From positions 159,100-223,099 of the forward strand of contig CANNDZ010000003.1 in the NCBI GenBank assembly GCA_947503575.1: a DNA stretch of 64,000 nucleotides, in the 5' to 3' direction. This document shows positions 1 through 9,758 of this stretch, piece after piece (positions within the stretch are counted from its first letter, which is position 1; each line of letters opens with the position of its first letter). The translations under genes and the position numbers were made by a program. Under the pieces are notes generated by a model. It did no database searches, was not told where the DNA came from, and saw nothing but the letters and a program-made list of their open reading frames with translations. This DNA is from an uncultured Kordiimonas sp. (lineage in GTDB: Bacteria; Pseudomonadota; Alphaproteobacteria; Sphingomonadales; Kordiimonadaceae).

Positions 1-2
1 TG

Positions 3-815
3 TCTTTCGGCAACACGATACTAAATCGATCGCGGGATCAACGGCTGACAATCGAAAAATTGATTGAACTGGCCGCCAGCAACGACCCTGTCGGCGCTTT
101 AATCAATCCTCAGTCTATCGGCCTGGTTGGGTATTCGATGGGTGGGTTTGGTGCAATGACCAGTGCAGGCGCAGGCTATATCCACACCAGCCCCAGCCTG
201 AGCCCGATACCGGAAGCCATGCTGGCAGGTATTCTGGCGGACGAAAATTATGTTGCGCCGCACCCTGCGTTGAAGGCGGTTGTGGCCATCGCCCCCTGGG
301 GCGCAACACCCGAAAACCGGGCCTGGAACCAGGATGCGGTTGCCAATATCTCTTTGCCGCTGTTGTTCATCGCGGGGGACCATGATGATGTTTCAGACTT
401 TGATGGCGGCATTAAATGGCTGTTCGGGGCTGCAACCGGTTCAGACCGTCACATGCTGGTATTTGAAAACGGTCGTCACAGCATTGGCGGCAACCCGGAA
501 CCGCCGTTTGCCGATGACTATTTTGACCTGACCGACTGGTTTAATGAACCTGTATGGCGGCGTGACAGGGTTGTTGGTATTAACCAGCACTTTATAACGG
601 CTTTCATGAACCAGTATTTGAAGGATGACACCGAGGCTGCGACATTCCTGAACGTTGCGCCGGTGCGCTCAAGCGAAGGCGAGTGGCCCATTCGGGCCGG
701 CGGATACACCGGCGGCACCTACAGCAGCGGCGACCAGGACGGCAAGCCATACTGGAAAGGGTTTCAGCGGCGATGGGCGCTGGGGCTTCAGATGCACAAA
801 GCAAAGCCGGAATAG
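3..815 (+). CDS. Alpha/beta hydrolase (dienelactone hydrolase/PAF-acetylhydrolase-like), 5' partial
   Basis: Nucleophile elbow GYSMGG, Asp in GDHDDV, His in GRHSIGG. The frame stays open back to base 3 (SFGNTILNRSRDQRL), so the gene starts before the window. Confidence 0.85.
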   Translation, partial: SFGNTILNRSRDQRLTIEKLIELAASNDPVGALINPQSIGLVGYSMGGFGAMTSAGAGYIHTSPSLSPIPEAMLAGILADENYVAPHPALKAVVAIAPWGATPENRAWNQDAVANISLPLLFIAGDHDDVSDFDGGIKWLFGAATGSDRHMLVFENGRHSIGGNPEPPFADDYFDLTDWFNEPVWRRDRVVGINQHFITAFMNQYLKDDTEAATFLNVAPVRSSEGEWPIRAGGYTGGTYSSGDQDGKPYWKGFQRRWALGLQMHKAKPE

Positions 816-847
816 ACGCGACCGACCAATAAATTAACCTTCAGGCT

Positions 848-878
848 AAAAAGCCGACGTACGATGCGTCGGCTTTTT
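848..878. terminator. Bidirectional intrinsic terminator
   Basis: AAAAAGCCGACG-TACGATG-CGTCGGCTTTTT between convergent genes. Confidence 0.85.
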
Positions 879-893
879 ATGGTTTTGTCAAAG

Positions 894-3800
894 TCACTCT
901 GCTGCAACCACCTGAAGGTCTGGTGCCGCCTGTTTGCGTCCCTTGGCGACTGTCATCGTGAAAGCAATCGGCGTGAAATACAGCGAGATAATCGTCGACA
1001 GTAATACGCCGCCAGCAATAGCCATTGCAAAGGGCGGCCAAAACCCACCACCTTCAATGATCAAAGGCAGAAATCCGCCAAACGTTGTTGTCGTTGTCGA
1101 AATGATATGCCGGCTCGATTCCATAACAATTTCACGAATACGCGACAGATCGCCTGCCATTGCGGCTTCGTCCTGCTGAAGCGCCGTCAAAATGATGATT
1201 GCCGCATTAATTGATACACCGATGGATCCAATCACCCCGATCAATGCCTGAATACCAAACGGGTAATTGAATATTTCAAGCGCCAATATGCTCATGCACA
1301 TGGACAGAACGGCGACAACGCCCGTAATCATCGACAGCTTGAAGCGATTAAAGGTTAGGACAATAGTTGCAATTGTCAGCACCACAATCAGCCCAATCGG
1401 AGCCAAAAGGTTATTGACCGTGCCCGCACGCTCATCAGAATCGCCCCCAATGGCAAGCCGGTACCCTGTTGGTATCGCCACAGGGTTGCGTGCCAGTTCT
1501 GCCTGAACATAATCCAGGGCAACCTGTGGCAGAACACCATTTTGCGTGAATGCCTGCACGGTGTTGGTGCGCTCGCCGTTCTCCCGGTTGATCGGACTTT
1601 CTGACGGCTCAAGGGTAATAGTGCCTAGCGCAGACAACGGCACCGCCTGATAGCGATCCTGACCATTACCCGCGACAGGAATATCTATAGATCGCAACCG
1701 ATCAAGACTTTCGCGCCATTCGTCTTCATACCGTACCCGAACCGGCAATTCTTCGGTATCTTCCAGCAAGGAACCGCCAGAAACACCTTCCAGGGCGGCT
1801 TCCAAGTGCCCGGATACACCGGTCAGAGTAAGCCCCGACAGATTTGTTTGGTCCTCGTTAGCGTTAAACACCAATTTGGGGCTACCGCCCATAAAGGTTG
1901 CGCGTGTGTGTTCGACATAGGGCACCCGGCTCATACGCTCCCGGATTTGCTCCCCGATATCGCGCAGCACATTCACATCTGGTCCGACAATCAGAATTTC
2001 CACCGGTGCATTGACAGGCGGCCCCTGATACAAACCCTTCACCAGCGTTTGAGATTGGGGCAAAGCGCGATCAAGTGTTGCTTGCAGGACGGGAATAACC
2101 TCGCGTGTTGCTTCCTCGGATGTCGTTGTGACCAAGGCTTCTGCAAAGCTTGCAACACCATCCTGGTTCGACAGCATATTATAGTAAAAGCTTGGCGCAC
2201 TCTCACCCACAACCCAGGTGACAGACGTGATTTCAGGCCGTGATTTGATGATCGCATCGGCCCGTTGGGCTATCGCACGTGTCTCGGAAATTGCAGCATT
2301 CCCGTCCAGCTTCAACTGAATGTAAAACTGATCACGTTCCACGCCGGGGAAGAACTGAGACGTGAGCGTTGGAAAAGACAGCAGGCCAATGATCGGAAGC
2401 GCCAGCGACGCGAACATGGCTGTCCCGCGATTGGCGATAGCCCAACCAACCGAACGATTAAAAAGCTGACCTACTTTGCCTGACTTCATGCCGCGCGCAT
2501 ACCAGGCGTGCGACTTGCCTTCGCCTTTGGCAGGCAGCAGCCAACCGGCAAGAGCAGGCGTAATTGTAAGCGCAAGAACAAACGACGCGATCAACATCAC
2601 AATCACAGCGATTGCGATGGAACCAACAAAGTCACCGGCCGGACCTGGCAACAGCGCCATAGGCATAAAAGCCAAAACCGTTGTCACAGTCGATGCCAGC
2701 AAAGGCCCAGCCAGTCTTTTGATGGCTTGTTCGACGGATTGCAGGCGCGGCACAGCGTCAATAAGGCGTCGCCGGATGTCATCGGTCATCACAATGGCCG
2801 CATCAACCAGAAGGCCAAGGGCAACAATCAGACCCGTGACAGACATTTGATGGATCGGCACGCCAGAATATTGCAGCACAGTTACAGACAACAGAGTTGT
2901 AAGCGGCAGCATGCATGCAACAATAAAAGCCCCGCGCCATCCAAGAGTGAAGAAAAGCACGATAACCACAAGGCTGGACCCGATCAGAATGTTGACCGAC
3001 AACCCACTCAACCGATCGATGGTGTACTGGCTTTGATCAAACAGGACGGTATGCTGGATATCGTCAGGCAGGGTTTGTTCAAACTCCGCGGTTTCAGCGC
3101 GCAAAGTTGCGACCCAACTATCAACTTGCAAACCTTCTTCCATCGTGGCGCCAACAAGGATAGCAGGTTTACCCTCTGAAATGCCGATACTGCTAACAGG
3201 CCAACGGGTTCCGCGCTGCAGGGTTGCAATATCTCCCACACGCACGACCGTTCCATTGGGCTCGGTTACCAACGGTACCTGGCGTATCCGCTCGACTGAT
3301 TTAATTTCACCTTTTACTTCAAGCAGGTAATTGTTTTCATCACCGCGTAACTGCCCTGCCCTGACCTTGCTATCTGCTTGCCGAATGGCGTTAACTACGC
3401 CGTTTGGCGACAAACCCAGATCACTCAGACGACGGGCATCTACAGTTACCAGTACCTCTTCCTCTTGTTCACCAAACAGGCGGACAATCCGGGCACCTGG
3501 CAGCTGGCGAAGCCGATCCCGCAGCAATTCCGCATACCGCTGGAGCTGCGACGGTTCCACATACCCCTCATCTTTCGGCGTCAAAACACTGATTGCTGTG
3601 TAGGCACCAAATTTATCATTATCAAATTCGGGGTCCGGTACACCGGCGGGGAAATTGCGCGCGGCATCGGACAGAGCATCTCGAATTTCAGACCAGGCGA
3701 TTTCAATTTCCTCGTCGCTGATCATCTGGGATAATTCGACGACAACAAGCGAAAAACCCTCACGCGAAATTGAGGTTATCTCCTCAATTTCTGCGATCTT

Positions 3801-4010
3801 TTTCAATTCCTCTTCAATTTTTTCGGTAACCAGCGATTCTACCCGTGCTGGGCTTGCACCTGGAAACGGCGTGGTAATTGTTGTGAACAGGTTGGTTATC
3901 GTGGGGTCTTCCTGTCGCCCAATTGTACTGAGCGCCGTTAAGCCCGTCACAATGATGATACCGATTGCCAGCGCAAAAACGCGCCATTCCCTGTAAAACA
4001 GCGTCAACAT
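894..4010 (-). CDS. RND efflux permease (AcrB/AcrD/AcrF family)
   Basis: 1038 aa, two TM clusters separated by large periplasmic loops, GLLVDAAIV in TM4, RP-like motif, start 1 nt after the MFP stop. Confidence 0.92.
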   Translation of the reverse strand: MLTLFYREWRVFALAIGIIIVTGLTALSTIGRQEDPTITNLFTTITTPFPGASPARVESLVTEKIEEELKKIAEIEEITSISREGFSLVVVELSQMISDEEIEIAWSEIRDALSDAARNFPAGVPDPEFDNDKFGAYTAISVLTPKDEGYVEPSQLQRYAELLRDRLRQLPGARIVRLFGEQEEEVLVTVDARRLSDLGLSPNGVVNAIRQADSKVRAGQLRGDENNYLLEVKGEIKSVERIRQVPLVTEPNGTVVRVGDIATLQRGTRWPVSSIGISEGKPAILVGATMEEGLQVDSWVATLRAETAEFEQTLPDDIQHTVLFDQSQYTIDRLSGLSVNILIGSSLVVIVLFFTLGWRGAFIVACMLPLTTLLSVTVLQYSGVPIHQMSVTGLIVALGLLVDAAIVMTDDIRRRLIDAVPRLQSVEQAIKRLAGPLLASTVTTVLAFMPMALLPGPAGDFVGSIAIAVIVMLIASFVLALTITPALAGWLLPAKGEGKSHAWYARGMKSGKVGQLFNRSVGWAIANRGTAMFASLALPIIGLLSFPTLTSQFFPGVERDQFYIQLKLDGNAAISETRAIAQRADAIIKSRPEITSVTWVVGESAPSFYYNMLSNQDGVASFAEALVTTTSEEATREVIPVLQATLDRALPQSQTLVKGLYQGPPVNAPVEILIVGPDVNVLRDIGEQIRERMSRVPYVEHTRATFMGGSPKLVFNANEDQTNLSGLTLTGVSGHLEAALEGVSGGSLLEDTEELPVRVRYEDEWRESLDRLRSIDIPVAGNGQDRYQAVPLSALGTITLEPSESPINRENGERTNTVQAFTQNGVLPQVALDYVQAELARNPVAIPTGYRLAIGGDSDERAGTVNNLLAPIGLIVVLTIATIVLTFNRFKLSMITGVVAVLSMCMSILALEIFNYPFGIQALIGVIGSIGVSINAAIIILTALQQDEAAMAGDLSRIREIVMESSRHIISTTTTTFGGFLPLIIEGGGFWPPFAMAIAGGVLLSTIISLYFTPIAFTMTVAKGRKQAAPDLQVVAAE

Positions 4011-4011
4011 C

Positions 4012-5166
4012 TTACTGGCCCCCGTTTGTCACGGTTTCGGTATCGCTGATAACATCAACATACTGCCCGGGCACCACCCGGTGCGTGCCACTTGCGACAA
4101 GACGGGCCTGTTCACCAATGTTTGCGGTAACGTAAACCCGGCTGGTTTCAGCATAAATAACTTCCACCGCCCGGCGGGCAATGCGGTTGCCTTCATCGCC
4201 TTCTTCAACTGCGAAGATATTCCAAAGGCCTTTTTTTCCTTCAATCAACGCCTCAACAGGTACCCAGTAGCCTTGCTGTACACGTGTTTCCGGCAAAGCG
4301 AGCTCCACGAGTTCACCGAAGGGGACAGAGTTTTCCGGCAGAATGTCGAGCAGAACATCCTGCGTTCTGGTGGTTTGATTAACGTCCGCCCGAATGGCAG
4401 AAATTTTGGCGGGAATGGGGGTTCCGCGGTAGGAGACAAACAAAGTTTCTGCCGTCTTCATGGCCTCAACACGGTCTGTAGGAACACTGATACGTGCTTG
4501 CTGAACTTTCGACTCCAGCAACGTAACAATCGTCATACCGGCGTCTCGCACAGCGCCAGTGTCCACAAGGCGTGCGCCCACTTGCGCGTCAAACGGCGCG
4601 TACAAAGATGACTTTTCAATGTTGATGTCTATGGTTTTCAGGGCGGCTTTTGTTTCGCTTACCTGCGCTTCCAAGGCTTCCCTATTCAGTCGCGCTTCGT
4701 CGTACCGTTGCTCTGTGCTGTGGCCCTGCTCAAAAAGCTGTTTTTGGCGCGTTTCTGTCAGTTTGGCTAGCTTCACTTGTGACGCAATTCTGTCAACCGC
4801 TGCCTGCGTTTGGGCGCGGCTTGCTTCCAGAAGGTCCGTATCCAGCCTGGCGATCAGCGCACCTTCGGCAACGAAATCGCCCTCGTCGACCATTACCGCA
4901 GCGATTTTGCCAGCCTGTTCAAACGACAGATTAACGGTTTGGCGGGCTTCGACCCGCCCTGCGTAATACTCGTTCACTTGATAACTTGGTTGGCGCTGCA
5001 CCGTTTCAACAGCAACGGGCAATCGGCGCACATCGGCGGCATCGTTGGATGACGCACGTAGATGCAGCCCTGCGGTGGCGAGTGCAATAAACCCACCAAT
5101 TAGGAGGAATGCAAATGACTTTCTCACTGCTGATTTTGAGATGACGATTGTTGCGTCTTTTTCCAT
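4012..5166 (-). CDS. RND membrane fusion protein (periplasmic adaptor)
   Basis: N-terminal anchor, lipoyl-like halves (GKIAAVMVDEGDFV, LYAPFDAQV), coiled hairpin, adjacent to the RND permease. Confidence 0.92.
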   Translation of the reverse strand: MEKDATIVISKSAVRKSFAFLLIGGFIALATAGLHLRASSNDAADVRRLPVAVETVQRQPSYQVNEYYAGRVEARQTVNLSFEQAGKIAAVMVDEGDFVAEGALIARLDTDLLEASRAQTQAAVDRIASQVKLAKLTETRQKQLFEQGHSTEQRYDEARLNREALEAQVSETKAALKTIDINIEKSSLYAPFDAQVGARLVDTGAVRDAGMTIVTLLESKVQQARISVPTDRVEAMKTAETLFVSYRGTPIPAKISAIRADVNQTTRTQDVLLDILPENSVPFGELVELALPETRVQQGYWVPVEALIEGKKGLWNIFAVEEGDEGNRIARRAVEVIYAETSRVYVTANIGEQARLVASGTHRVVPGQYVDVISDTETVTNGGQ

Positions 5167-5241
5167 TATTTATCTCGCCGTGTCCTCGCCGGTGTCCCGG
5201 GTTGCTGTTGTTGGCACTAGTCTTTCAGGCAAGTTCGCCTC

Positions 5242-5288
5242 TTGACGTTTATGTTAGTCCAATTTACATATGTTATCGTGATTAACAT
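5242..5288. promoter_or_regulatory. Divergent promoter with two abutting 19-bp inverted-repeat operators
   Basis: TTGACG at 5242-5247, followed by ATGTTA-N7-TTACAT (5251-5269) and ATGTTA-N7-TAACAT (5270-5288). Confidence 0.65.
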
Positions 5289-5343
5289 TTCAATACAAAA
5301 ACTTTCATAGTATCTATTCAAAGACGTATGAAGGACCCGCGAT

Positions 5344-6102
5344 TTGACACCGAACACCAAACACAGCACCGAGGAAGCGACTGGCCGCTATCACCATGGT
5401 GATTTGCGTAGCGCGCTTATTGATGCCTCAGTAGAGCTGGTTTCTACTACGGGCTCTGAGAGGTTTACGCTAAAAGATGCAAGCCGGATTGCAGGTGTCA
5501 GTGTAGCAGCCCCCTACCGCCATTTTTCTGACAAGTCCGAGTTGCTGCATGAGGTCACGGAAGTGGCTTTCAAAAAAATGTCTGATGACATGCTAAAAAC
5601 ATTGAAAGGCCAAGAACTTGGCACCATCGAGTCGATAACAGCACTGGGGCAAACCTATGTGCGGTTTGCCAGCGAAAACCAACAGTTATTCCGCTTGATG
5701 TGCCAAAATCATCAGGGTGGACCAGATGTCAATCTGGAGGAAATATTCAGACAACATGCTGCGGGGGAAAACGGCGCTGCCATCATTGACCTGCTGGATG
5801 TTAAAAACCATGATATCAGCACAAGCTTGTTGGCGCAGAACGCCCCCAATAATGGGATAGCCTGCTTTTCAATTCTGTTGAAAAGCGTTGCCACTTTTCT
5901 GGACCGAAACGGGCTGGATGTAAGAGAGACTCTGGCTATTGCAACGCCGATGTGGGCCATTGTGCACGGCACAGCATTTTTGTTAATTGATCACAAATTC
6001 AACAATTTAACGCCTAACATTAACACGGATGACATTGTTGAGCGGTCAACCCGTTACTTCCTTAACGGTCTTTTGCTTGAACATTCAGTAGACCCTGAAT
6101 AA
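5344..6102 (+). CDS. TetR/AcrR family regulator (YHHGDLR type, WHG-like C-terminus)
   Basis: YHHGDLRSALI, HTH AGVSVAAPYRHF, WAIVHG; divergent from the RND pair. Confidence 0.9.
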   Translation: MTPNTKHSTEEATGRYHHGDLRSALIDASVELVSTTGSERFTLKDASRIAGVSVAAPYRHFSDKSELLHEVTEVAFKKMSDDMLKTLKGQELGTIESITALGQTYVRFASENQQLFRLMCQNHQGGPDVNLEEIFRQHAAGENGAAIIDLLDVKNHDISTSLLAQNAPNNGIACFSILLKSVATFLDRNGLDVRETLAIATPMWAIVHGTAFLLIDHKFNNLTPNINTDDIVERSTRYFLNGLLLEHSVDPE

Positions 6103-6129
6103 AAAAGCCGCCCATTGTGAGGCGGCTTT
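6101..6129. terminator. Bidirectional intrinsic terminator
   Basis: AAAAAAGCCGCC-CATTGTGA-GGCGGCTTT. Confidence 0.8.
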
Positions 6130-6153
6130 CCATTTGGCTAGTTCTTGATGAAC

Positions 6154-7851
6154 TTAATGCGTTGTTGGCTTGGTAGCGCTTGGCTTGGCTTTGGGCGCTC
6201 GTTTCGCTTTTGCAGCCGTTGAAGCCGAAGCCTTAGTAGCCGCTTTTTTACCATTTACGGATTTAGCGCTTGCTGCCTTGCTTGGGGTCCGGGCAGATGC
6301 CGCCTTCGCGGGGGCTGCTTTGGCAGTGCCTGATTTAGCCCCGTTTGCTTTCGCTGGAGCTTTTGGGGTTTTGGGAGGGGCTTTTGTTGCACCTTCTGAA
6401 ACAGGCATTTCCTTACCCGCGGTCAAGGGGTCACCGGCTTTATCTGCCGCTGCCTGCAGTGCCGCGAATTCCTCGACGATAAGATCAGCGATATCCTGGA
6501 CATCTGGCACAGCAATTTTACAAGCGATCAATCCAAAATCGAGCCTGTCGACATAGCTTTGCAGGGTGATATTAAGTGCACATCCATGTGTCGCGATGGA
6601 AACAGGGAATTGCGCAACAACCTTGCTGCCAGCAAAATACATATATCTGCGTGGACCTGGCACATTGGATATGGTCACGTTGATCGGTGACGGCATCATG
6701 TTTACAAGGTCCGTCCGGCTTTGCATCTGCGCCATAGCAGACACAATAATAGGCGCACCAAAGAACACATAATCCTGTGGAATTACGTCCTTAACAGCGC
6801 CCAACTGCTTTTTGGATGCTTTTGTGCTTTCCTGTACAGACCGCAACCGCTTCATGGGGTCGGCAATATCGGTGCCCAGGCCGCAGGTCATACCTGTGAC
6901 CTGATTGGTATTGGCGGCATCGCCAAATTCCCGCAATGAAACCGGCACCGCCGCCACAAGCGAGTCTTCGGGCAATTCTTTGTGCCCATCTAGATAACGG
7001 CGCAAAGCACCGCCACAAATGGTGAGCACCACGTCATTCAGCGTGGAACCCGTTTTCTTCGCCAAAGCAATTGTTTCCGGCAACGACAGCGACTGAGCGC
7101 CGTAAGCACGTTGTTTCTGGATACGAACGTTAAACCGTGTTTTAGGCGCAGGCTTCAGGTTTTTGGCCAAGGCACTGCGGTCTTCAAAGGCGACTTTAGC
7201 GAGTGAGCCGACGGCTTTCACCATGTCTGGCACCTTTTTAACCACATCCACTTGCTGCTGCAGGAAACGACCATATGAACTACCCAGCAGCTCAAACATG
7301 CCTGGTTTTTCGGCCTGCAGCCGGATTTTATTCTTGGGTAAAGGCGGGCGCGGCACAGGTGCCCGGTCAGAAATAATATCCATAACGGCAATGCCGGCAC
7401 CACCGTCAACGCTGGCGTGATGGCTTTTTGTATAGAGCGCAAAACTGCCTTTTGGTAGCCCGAACTCTTCGTCTTCCAGGCCTTCGATGACATAAAATTG
7501 CCAAAGCGGCCGATCCCGATCCAGGGTCAGCGAATGCAGTCCCTGAATAATCATCCGAAGCTGTTCCACATTGCCTGGTGCAGGCAAGCTGGAGTGTTTG
7601 ATATGATAATCAAAGTCGATAGTGTCAGCGTTAACCCACACAGGATGATCGACATAAAAAGGGGTCGCCATCAACTTGCGGTGGAAAGAGGGAATCTCAT
7701 GCGCGCGCTCAGCGATCTGGGATTTCAGTGCTTCGTAGGGGTTGATACCTTCCTCCGGCGGTTCACATATCAACAAAGCAGAGACATGCATCGGTGTCTC
7801 GTCTGTTTCCATGTATAGAAAAGTAGCGTCCAAACCGGTCAATTTATGCAT
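6154..7851 (-). CDS. Wax ester synthase/diacylglycerol acyltransferase (WS/DGAT) with a Lys/Ala/Pro-rich C-terminal tail
   Basis: N-terminus LTGLDATFLYMET..PMHV, catalytic HHASVDG (HHxxxDG), NVTISNVPGP, LNITLQSY; ~90-aa basic low-complexity tail. Confidence 0.93.
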   Translation of the reverse strand: MHKLTGLDATFLYMETDETPMHVSALLICEPPEEGINPYEALKSQIAERAHEIPSFHRKLMATPFYVDHPVWVNADTIDFDYHIKHSSLPAPGNVEQLRMIIQGLHSLTLDRDRPLWQFYVIEGLEDEEFGLPKGSFALYTKSHHASVDGGAGIAVMDIISDRAPVPRPPLPKNKIRLQAEKPGMFELLGSSYGRFLQQQVDVVKKVPDMVKAVGSLAKVAFEDRSALAKNLKPAPKTRFNVRIQKQRAYGAQSLSLPETIALAKKTGSTLNDVVLTICGGALRRYLDGHKELPEDSLVAAVPVSLREFGDAANTNQVTGMTCGLGTDIADPMKRLRSVQESTKASKKQLGAVKDVIPQDYVFFGAPIIVSAMAQMQSRTDLVNMMPSPINVTISNVPGPRRYMYFAGSKVVAQFPVSIATHGCALNITLQSYVDRLDFGLIACKIAVPDVQDIADLIVEEFAALQAAADKAGDPLTAGKEMPVSEGATKAPPKTPKAPAKANGAKSGTAKAAPAKAASARTPSKAASAKSVNGKKAATKASASTAAKAKRAPKAKPSATKPTTH

Positions 7852-7970
7852 GATCGTCCCTTCCCACGTGCTGTATCGGTGCGGCTACCGCCGTTCATAG
7901 ATACTGCCTGATACCTAAGTTGCGCGTCTCCCCACGCAATTCCTTTATGCACGATTTTTTGCAGCAATAT

Positions 7971-7988
7971 TTAGAAATATCGCCCTAA
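7971..7988. promoter_or_regulatory. Possible degenerate copy of the phasin promoter box (TTAG-N10-CTAR)
   Basis: TTAGAAATATCGCCCTAA about 120 bp upstream of WS/DGAT; shares TTAGAAA and CTA spacing with the boxes at 13944 and 14348. Confidence 0.3.
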
Positions 7989-8023
7989 TCCAGCAAAAAG
8001 TATCGTTTCGGCCCTAAAAACGC

Positions 8024-8051
8024 AAAAAAGAGGGCACATAGGCGCCCTCTT
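8024..8051 (-). terminator. Intrinsic terminator after the hydrolase gene
   Basis: Minus strand AAGAGGGC-N8-GCCCTCTT followed by a T-run. Confidence 0.75.
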
Positions 8052-8079
8052 ACATCTAATCTATAGCCATTCAGATAGA

Positions 8080-8880
8080 TCAGGCCGGTACAGCCTCACC
8101 AAGCCCCGGTGTGCTGAAGAACGCTTTGCGGCTGCCTACATTAGTGAAGGGACGCCAAGTTCCTTCACGCTGAGCCAGTCTATCAGCAATAACATACAAA
8201 ACCGTAGGGTTGAAACCGAGGCCACAATGGCTTCCGGAAACCCGTATATTTTCGGTTTGCTTCTGCTTCACTTCACATACCGGCTTGTCCTGATGGCAAT
8301 TCTGCCACGCCACGATACCGTCTGTTTTGGTATAAATAGACGTTGTTGGCACCGGCGGTGCCTTGTGCATCATTGTTTCAATAGGCGGTTCATCAACAGA
8401 ATGGCCCGCCGCAAATTCATAAAAACGCCAGGCGTTTGAATTTTTGGGGTCGCCGGAATGCGGGCTGCCCAGTGAAATGACCAGCCGCGTTTGTTCGGGC
8501 CTCATTTTAGCGAGTTCGCGAGCGAAAATCCCGCCAAGGCTCCACCCCACAAGGCTAACTTTTTGCTGATGCGTCTCATAAACTTCGTCAATACGGTCCA
8601 GCATTCCTTCCAGAATACCGTCGCGCAGGCCAAGGTTACGGCCCAAACCCCAAGCGTAAGACGAATAACCGCGGTCAGTTAGAAAAGAACGAAGCGGCGC
8701 GGTAGACGAATCTGCCGCTCCTAACCCTGGCAACACCAAAACCGGGTGACCATCGCCGCGCGGCAATCGTTTTAGAAACGGTGTCGAAAGAGCCATTGTC
8801 CCAAGTTCCAGAAGGGCGCGCCCTTCCATCAACATCAAAAGGGGTGAAGGCGCTTTTACTTTACCAGAAAAATTGAACAC
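8080..8880 (-). CDS. Alpha/beta hydrolase (lipase/esterase, PGAP1-like)
   Basis: Oxyanion VLVLPGL, GWSLGG, DGIV, GSHCGLG; GTG start with AGGAG RBS. Confidence 0.88.
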   Translation of the reverse strand: MFNFSGKVKAPSPLLMLMEGRALLELGTMALSTPFLKRLPRGDGHPVLVLPGLGAADSSTAPLRSFLTDRGYSSYAWGLGRNLGLRDGILEGMLDRIDEVYETHQQKVSLVGWSLGGIFARELAKMRPEQTRLVISLGSPHSGDPKNSNAWRFYEFAAGHSVDEPPIETMMHKAPPVPTTSIYTKTDGIVAWQNCHQDKPVCEVKQKQTENIRVSGSHCGLGFNPTVLYVIADRLAQREGTWRPFTNVGSRKAFFSTPGLGEAVPA

Positions 8881-9089
8881 TCATGTCTCCTCAAAGCTTC
8901 CCTGACCGACCCTTGGGCTATCCAGCATGCAGGGTCATATTTCTGTCACAGAATGACAGCGGCATTTTGTCGCGTCAAACGAACATTCACATTTTTGCTT
9001 AAAAAAGAAACGATTGCACAATTTTTGAGCAATATTATGAAATTTTCTTACTTAAAGGAGGTAAGCAGACTGGCAAATGCGCTCAGGTC

Positions 9090-9731
9090 CTATTTTGACG
9101 TTTTTAACATTTTGTCGCGGAATTCAGTCAGCAAGGTCAGAAATTCATCTCCCCCGTCAACAACATAGGGCGTGAGCTGACTTATAAGACCATAAACACC
9201 ATTATGGATAGAAACCGGCGTTGATACGTCGCTGTCCAACAAAACCTGATACGTGGGCCAATAGGTAAGCTGCAGAGCAAATCGTTCCGCCATCTGGTCC
9301 GCTTCAATTTGGGAAATCGAAATAAAACCCGTTCGGTCAAGAGTGCCGATAATTGACGCCATGGTTGTCACTTTGTGCTGCACAAGACGGCGGAACCGGG
9401 ACTGCAAATCAGGATATCGTTCCAAAATGGATTGAAGATTACGGTAGAAAAACCGGAAATCTGCGATTTCTTCAAACAGGATATAAAAATACACCCAATT
9501 GTCCGATAGTTCCAAAGGCTTGTCGATCGGCGCCGTCAGCACCATCCGAAACTCTTCTTCAAAGTCGACAAAAAGCTGATGGATAATCGGGTCTTTGCCC
9601 TTGAAGTGATAATAGAGGTTGCCGGGGCTTATATCGAGCACGTTGGCAATGTCGACAGGCGTCACATTCTGCTCACCCTCTTCATTAAAGAGCTGCAGGC
9701 TATATTGCAAAATCCTGTCTTTGGTCTTCAT
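9090..9731 (-). CDS. phaD: TetR-family regulator, PhaD-like
   Basis: MKTKDRILQYSLQLFN...ISPGNLYYHFKGK closely resembles Pseudomonas PhaD (MKTRDRIL...ISPGNLYYHF, recalled from memory); located in the pha cluster. Confidence 0.75.
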   Translation of the reverse strand: MKTKDRILQYSLQLFNEEGEQNVTPVDIANVLDISPGNLYYHFKGKDPIIHQLFVDFEEEFRMVLTAPIDKPLELSDNWVYFYILFEEIADFRFFYRNLQSILERYPDLQSRFRRLVQHKVTTMASIIGTLDRTGFISISQIEADQMAERFALQLTYWPTYQVLLDSDVSTPVSIHNGVYGLISQLTPYVVDGGDEFLTLLTEFRDKMLKTSK

Positions 9732-9758
9732 GGCCCCTGCCCCCGTCGGCCTATTTCA

